Program-made: the position numbers and the translations under genes | Shown: positions 59,601 through 64,000 of the stretch, in pieces | Numbering within the stretch: the first letter of the stretch is position 1 | Layout of the letters: every line of letters starts with the position of its first letter | The notes under the pieces: generated by a model | Databases searched by the model: none | What the model saw: only the letters and a program-made list of their open reading frames with translations | Told to the model about the DNA's origin: nothing | Assembly (NCBI GenBank): GCA_046563655.1 | Contig: CM102290.1 | Span: forward strand, 3,472,001 to 3,536,000 | Length of the DNA stretch: 64,000 nucleotides | Origin: Yuukianura sp. NJ FZ-2021 | Lineage: Eukaryota | Direction of reading: 5' to 3'

Positions 59601-61596
59601 TGGAAACTTCACAGCTTCTTAAGAATAATTTAACAGCGGAAACATTATGTTTCTCCTCTAAAGATCCCTACTTCATTAACCACCAAATTTCAAACATTCA
59701 AAACTTCACTAGGACTTGACAATTTCCGAGAAATGACGAGCCTAAAATGATGTTTAGAATTTTGGAGTTTAATTTCAAATTATCTAAAACAACCAACCCA
59801 TTTGAACGTGCATTTGGCGTGGGTTTTCCAGGAAAATAAAAGTGTAATGTACTGTGACGAGTGTAACACTTTTTTCCTGTTTTAGAAAAAAACAGTTTCT
59901 GTTTAAACCGGGAGCAAAAAGCATAAAACATTTAAGAAAATGATGCATGGATGAATAAGTAAAACGTAGGTTATTTTCTTTGGTGCCAAAACATAAAACA
60001 CTTTGAGACTTCATCACTTGTGACTTTTTTTTGAAAGAAAACTTTAAAAGAGTGATGAAATGCCGCCAGTCAAGTTTCCAAATACTGAATTTTTTGTATA
60101 AATTTTTTGTTAACTTTGAAAGGTTACATTTTTAGAACTTACATTGACATGGCTTTGCCTCTGGACACTTCATTAATTACATTGTGCCCACCCATCACAT
60201 AACAAATGGATACAAAATGGGGGCGGGCGTGGGCGATTCCATTCAAAATTGATTCATGATTCTTACCATGACTCGTAATGACTCATTTGACTCTAATTTC
60301 TTTTCTTTTTTTCTTTGAAGAATTTTTAAAGTAAACATTTTGTCTCTTTCAATGTAAAAGAATTTGCGGTGCTTAGAAAAGTTCTAAACTTTAGCAAGAA
60401 AAAGTTACTCTTTTTAAAAAAAAAAACAAGAAGCTCTGTTAACATTCATTTGAATGAATAGTTACTTGCCATAAACTTTTTTCAACTGAATGAAACAGGG
60501 CATAAAAAGAGAGCTTTTTTTCTTCAAAAGCATTTTTTTTAGAAAAAGAGTTTCTGAAAAAGTTCTTTTCCAAAAAAAAAGGAAGGTATAGTTCGTAACA
60601 CTGAGAAAAATTTGACTACAAAATTTTTGAATCCCATGAGAGAATTCTGTTACAAAGTAAAAGAATAAGAAAAGTTCACACTTTTGACAAAAAAAAATTC
60701 AATTGTACAAAAAAAAAATGACATTTTTTACCTTGTGCGGGACAACTGCCAATCGGATGACGTGTGTAACGAAAATTCGCATAAAAAATTTTCTACTAAG
60801 CTTTCTCTTCCGAAATTTTTGCACAAGAATTTAAAAATTCAAAACTGTACAGAGTAGGATTGACTTAAGGAAAACGTTTTGTTGCGTTTTGAAATTTCGA
60901 AATCAATTTGAACAAGATTGTAGCCCAATAAGTCCGTTTTGAGGAAAGCAGATATAAAGGCCGAATGGTTAAGAATTTTAAGGCTGATTTGATTTCTACA
61001 AGTTTCGCTTGAGTTTTTTTGAAATTCCTTTCTAGAAAATAGTGCCTGCGGCGTACTAGGCCTTGATTTTACACAGGAAAAGTGAAAGTGGTGATCTCTG
61101 TCGAAGTGTCTGAATGAAACTGAAAGTTCCTTCCTTTCGGGTGCTGGAAAATCGCTGAAGTTGACGGAGGCAGCAGCAGGAAATGCATCTTTCCGTTCGC
61201 TCATCTTTTCTACAAAAAAAAATCTCTTAGAAAAACGCATCAGATGACGTCTAACTTCTCCATTTCTAGAATTTTTTTTTCCTAAAAATCACAAATCTCG
61301 TTTCTAAAATCATTCCGTTGAACAATTCCGACTTGTGTCTGCTCGCTTTTGATTTCTTTTTAAGTTTTTTTAAGTTTTATTCAGAGAGTTTTATACGTTT
61401 TACAATTTTTTTTCGAAGTGCGTTGACCTTGTACTTGGCGATTTTATAACTAATCAAACTAGCATGTAGAATAAGTATCATTTGTGAATCCATTGTAGGT
61501 TGACACGTACCAAAAGGTACAAAATTGCTTAAATTTGTACATTAGTTAAGCGTAGAGGTCATCACGTTGAGTTTAGTATTTGAAATGTTGAGATCG

Positions 61597-62297
61597 TTAG
61601 AAGAAGTTGAGACTGAGAGGGTCATCCTCCGGTCGGTGCAATTGATGGTAGATTTGAGGATGATTAATGCGGAACTGCAAAATACAAACAAAATGCATTT
61701 TTTACCAAAAAAATTTTTTTTTTAAATTTCAAAAATTTGAAAATCAAAACGCTGGTTTTACCTGATTCAAAGCTGCTTTGCGACGACGCAGGTTCTTGAT
61801 TTTGATGATGGTAAAGTAATCTCCAACAAGAGTTGAGTATGTGAGGCGACCGGATACACCACTGGCACGGATATCAGCTGCCATTCGGGTACTCAGAGAA
61901 GGAAGCTGTAAAAAAAAAATGATATGAAATTACTTTTGTGTCAAAATTTAAAAAAAAATGTTTAGAATTTAAATAAAAATCAGCGTGCAAATCATGCGAC
62001 CTCATCCAACGGAACTTCTTCAATGTGTCCCTCATAGACGACACGGTGTCCATACTGCAAGCAGTTCAAATTATTAGCAAAAGTGTATCAAAGAGTATTG
62101 GAACTTTTGAATTTCGAACCTTAGGAATGTGCAGGAGAGCTCGATGCTTCTCCATTTGAGTTTTCTTTGGCTGTCGCCGGAAGAAACGCGAAATCTATTC
62201 ATAACAAAAATTTGTCAACTTTGAAACCAAGGACTCATGATTCATTGGATTTTCCGAAAATTTGCAATATAAAACTGTATTTTACCCGAGCACCCAT
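61597..62297 (-). CDS. Uncharacterised 120-aa basic protein with N-myristoylation motif, 5 exons
   Basis: Exons 62297-62286 (MGAR), 62194-62120, 62054-62001, 61905-61762 and 61674-61597. All four introns are GT-AG, phase 0, with pyrimidine-rich acceptors. The spliced frame has no internal stop, and there is an in-frame stop upstream of the ATG. Confidence 0.7.
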
Positions 62298-63366
62298 GAT
62301 GACTTGTCCAATTGAGTTGAATCCCTCCAACCAGCAAATGTTAGTCGATTAGTTGCAGTCGTCAGACGTAACCTTCAGTGGTAACCTTTGGGCTGAGCTG
62401 AACGGAAGACGGAGCAAGAGCTGCGAAATCGACAGATGTCGCCGACAGATTGACGAAAACCGAGCAAAACGCTGGTAGTCCTTTCGCTTGGCTTGATCAA
62501 CAAACAATGTCGTAACAATTAGCCAGACAACGAACACTGCTTCTGCAGCAACCAATTGGAGTTAACTAAAAGTACAAAAACTTATTAGATTCGACGTAAC
62601 TTTAACAAATTGGGTTAATTTGACTCCAATTAATGTTAAAGTAAATGTTTAAGGTGTCAATTTAACTTTAAATGATACCTTTATGACGAGCCAAGTCTCC
62701 TTTGTCCTTCGTCCAACCGCACCAGGACCAGGATCACTGCTGAGCTGTCCGAAATTTTGAAATTCTGAATTCTCCTTTTTCCAAAGGTCACTGCCCTTAG
62801 TGTAGACGTGGAAATTGAATTGAAAAAGTTTTGCGACTTGACGGTAGATGGCATGGATGGTTGCTCTGGAAGCAAATTTTGACTTGGTTGTGCCATATAT
62901 GGGCCAATACCAACACAAAGCTTGTTAAAACAATTAAGTTAAGAATCAGCACCTAATTACCGTAATCTATGCATAAATATATTAATAACCTAAGTAAAAT
63001 TTATTTAATTTAATTAAAAGCTATAAAAATACCTAAATTGGAAGGAACCGACATAAATCTCAGATGTTATTTAATATATTGATATGGAGATGAAATCGGC
63101 GCCAAATCAACAATTCAAAAGTTAAGAAAAAACCTTCTTACGCTCGAGGCCTCACAACGGCAGTCGTCAGTTTCAAATTAGCAGCTCTCGAAGGAGGGTA
63201 ATCTACTCCTACTCTATCCAAAATTCCTGTCAAGGTAAGATTTAACAATCGTTATTGCAGCCCCGATGTGTAGCCACAACGGCCATCTTGTGTGGCTACA
63301 TCCAGTGGCGACATTTGTGGCTAACTCTGACCTTTCTGCAGTAGACTGACAACTCCATTGTTCAAG

Positions 63367-64000
63367 ATGCGCATCAAGACCTCAGTATCCTTACCGAAGC
63401 TCACCACCGTCATGAAGGTTATAGAGCCATTCCAGCGTGCTCCGAAACCGACAACGTACCTGGAACTCGGTCGAGCCGCTCGTCGGCTAGCAGCTGAAAA
63501 AGCCAAAGCTGCCAGCGAAGCACCGGAACGGATCCTTGTTTTCCCGAAACCGCCACCATTGCCTGAAGAAAAACCAGAGATGACGTACTACCAATTGTTT
63601 AAGATGCAAGTAGCGAACGGTGAACGGCTACCGTACATTGTGCGTACTTTGAGATTCGAGCCCCTTGTTCCGTCACTGAAGCACGAGCATGTCGGAATCA
63701 CCGTGCCTTCGCATTTCGTTGGTCGAAAGAAGCCGAAGCAACCGATTATCATTGACATTTCCGACGAGCCAGACGTCGAAGTCTTTACTGGTCTCCACGA
63801 TCGTAGGGCGCGTCGTACATACTCGGCTTCGTCTGCCATGGACTTCACTGACATGACAAACTCTGGTGATTGGGTGCGCTACATTCCCCCGCCGATTGAT
63901 CCTTATAACCAATTCGAGTTGCCGTTCGTTCCATTGAAGCGTGCTTTCCAGCCGGTTCGCCCGTTCCTGATCGAGTACTTCCCGGACAACTTCCAGGACT
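63367..64000 (+). CDS. Uncharacterised Pro-rich ORF, at least 211 codons, truncated by the window edge
   Basis: ATG at 63367 (MRIKTSVSLPKLTTVMKVIEPFQRAPKP...FPDNFQD) with no stop before 64000. GC content is clearly above the flanks. It is absent from the ORF track, presumably because it lacks a stop. No family recognised. Confidence 0.65.
   Translation, partial: MRIKTSVSLPKLTTVMKVIEPFQRAPKPTTYLELGRAARRLAAEKAKAASEAPERILVFPKPPPLPEEKPEMTYYQLFKMQVANGERLPYIVRTLRFEPLVPSLKHEHVGITVPSHFVGRKKPKQPIIIDISDEPDVEVFTGLHDRRARRTYSASSAMDFTDMTNSGDWVRYIPPPIDPYNQFELPFVPLKRAFQPVRPFLIEYFPDNFQD

Noticed and set aside
53700..61500. Many 60-130-aa F/K/L-rich ORFs upstream of TRPgamma
   Set aside because: They derive from poly-A/T tracts and show no coding signature. 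The region is probably regulatory or intronic.

Overview
AT-rich, intron-containing eukaryotic DNA. An arthropod origin is inferred from the protein families, the ~70-nt minimal introns and scattered TTAGG/CCTAA tracts. Gene models were built by hand from splice sites and reading-frame phase. Recognised genes: the 3' part of TMTC3 (+; its 5' exons were not found in the window), HAP40/F8A (-), PLK4/SAK (+), an M6/PLP proteolipid (-) and a 20-exon TRPgamma/TRPC channel (-). Unassigned genes: a probable beta-trefoil protein (-, 373-1297, possibly nested in a TMTC3 intron as one of a tandem set), a 5-exon 120-aa protein with an N-myristoylation motif that the ORF track misses (-, 61597-62297), and an ORF of at least 211 codons running off the right edge (+). 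Several MITE-like and foldback elements are present, some with readable TIRs and TSDs. Most notable observations: competing donors that could read the TRPgamma terminal exon in different long open frames, uORFs in the PLK4 leader, a candidate truncating last exon in TMTC3, three GC-AG introns, and the orphan cassette at the right end. No prokaryotic systems, CRISPR arrays or RNA genes were seen. Family assignments come from remembered motifs, not database searches.
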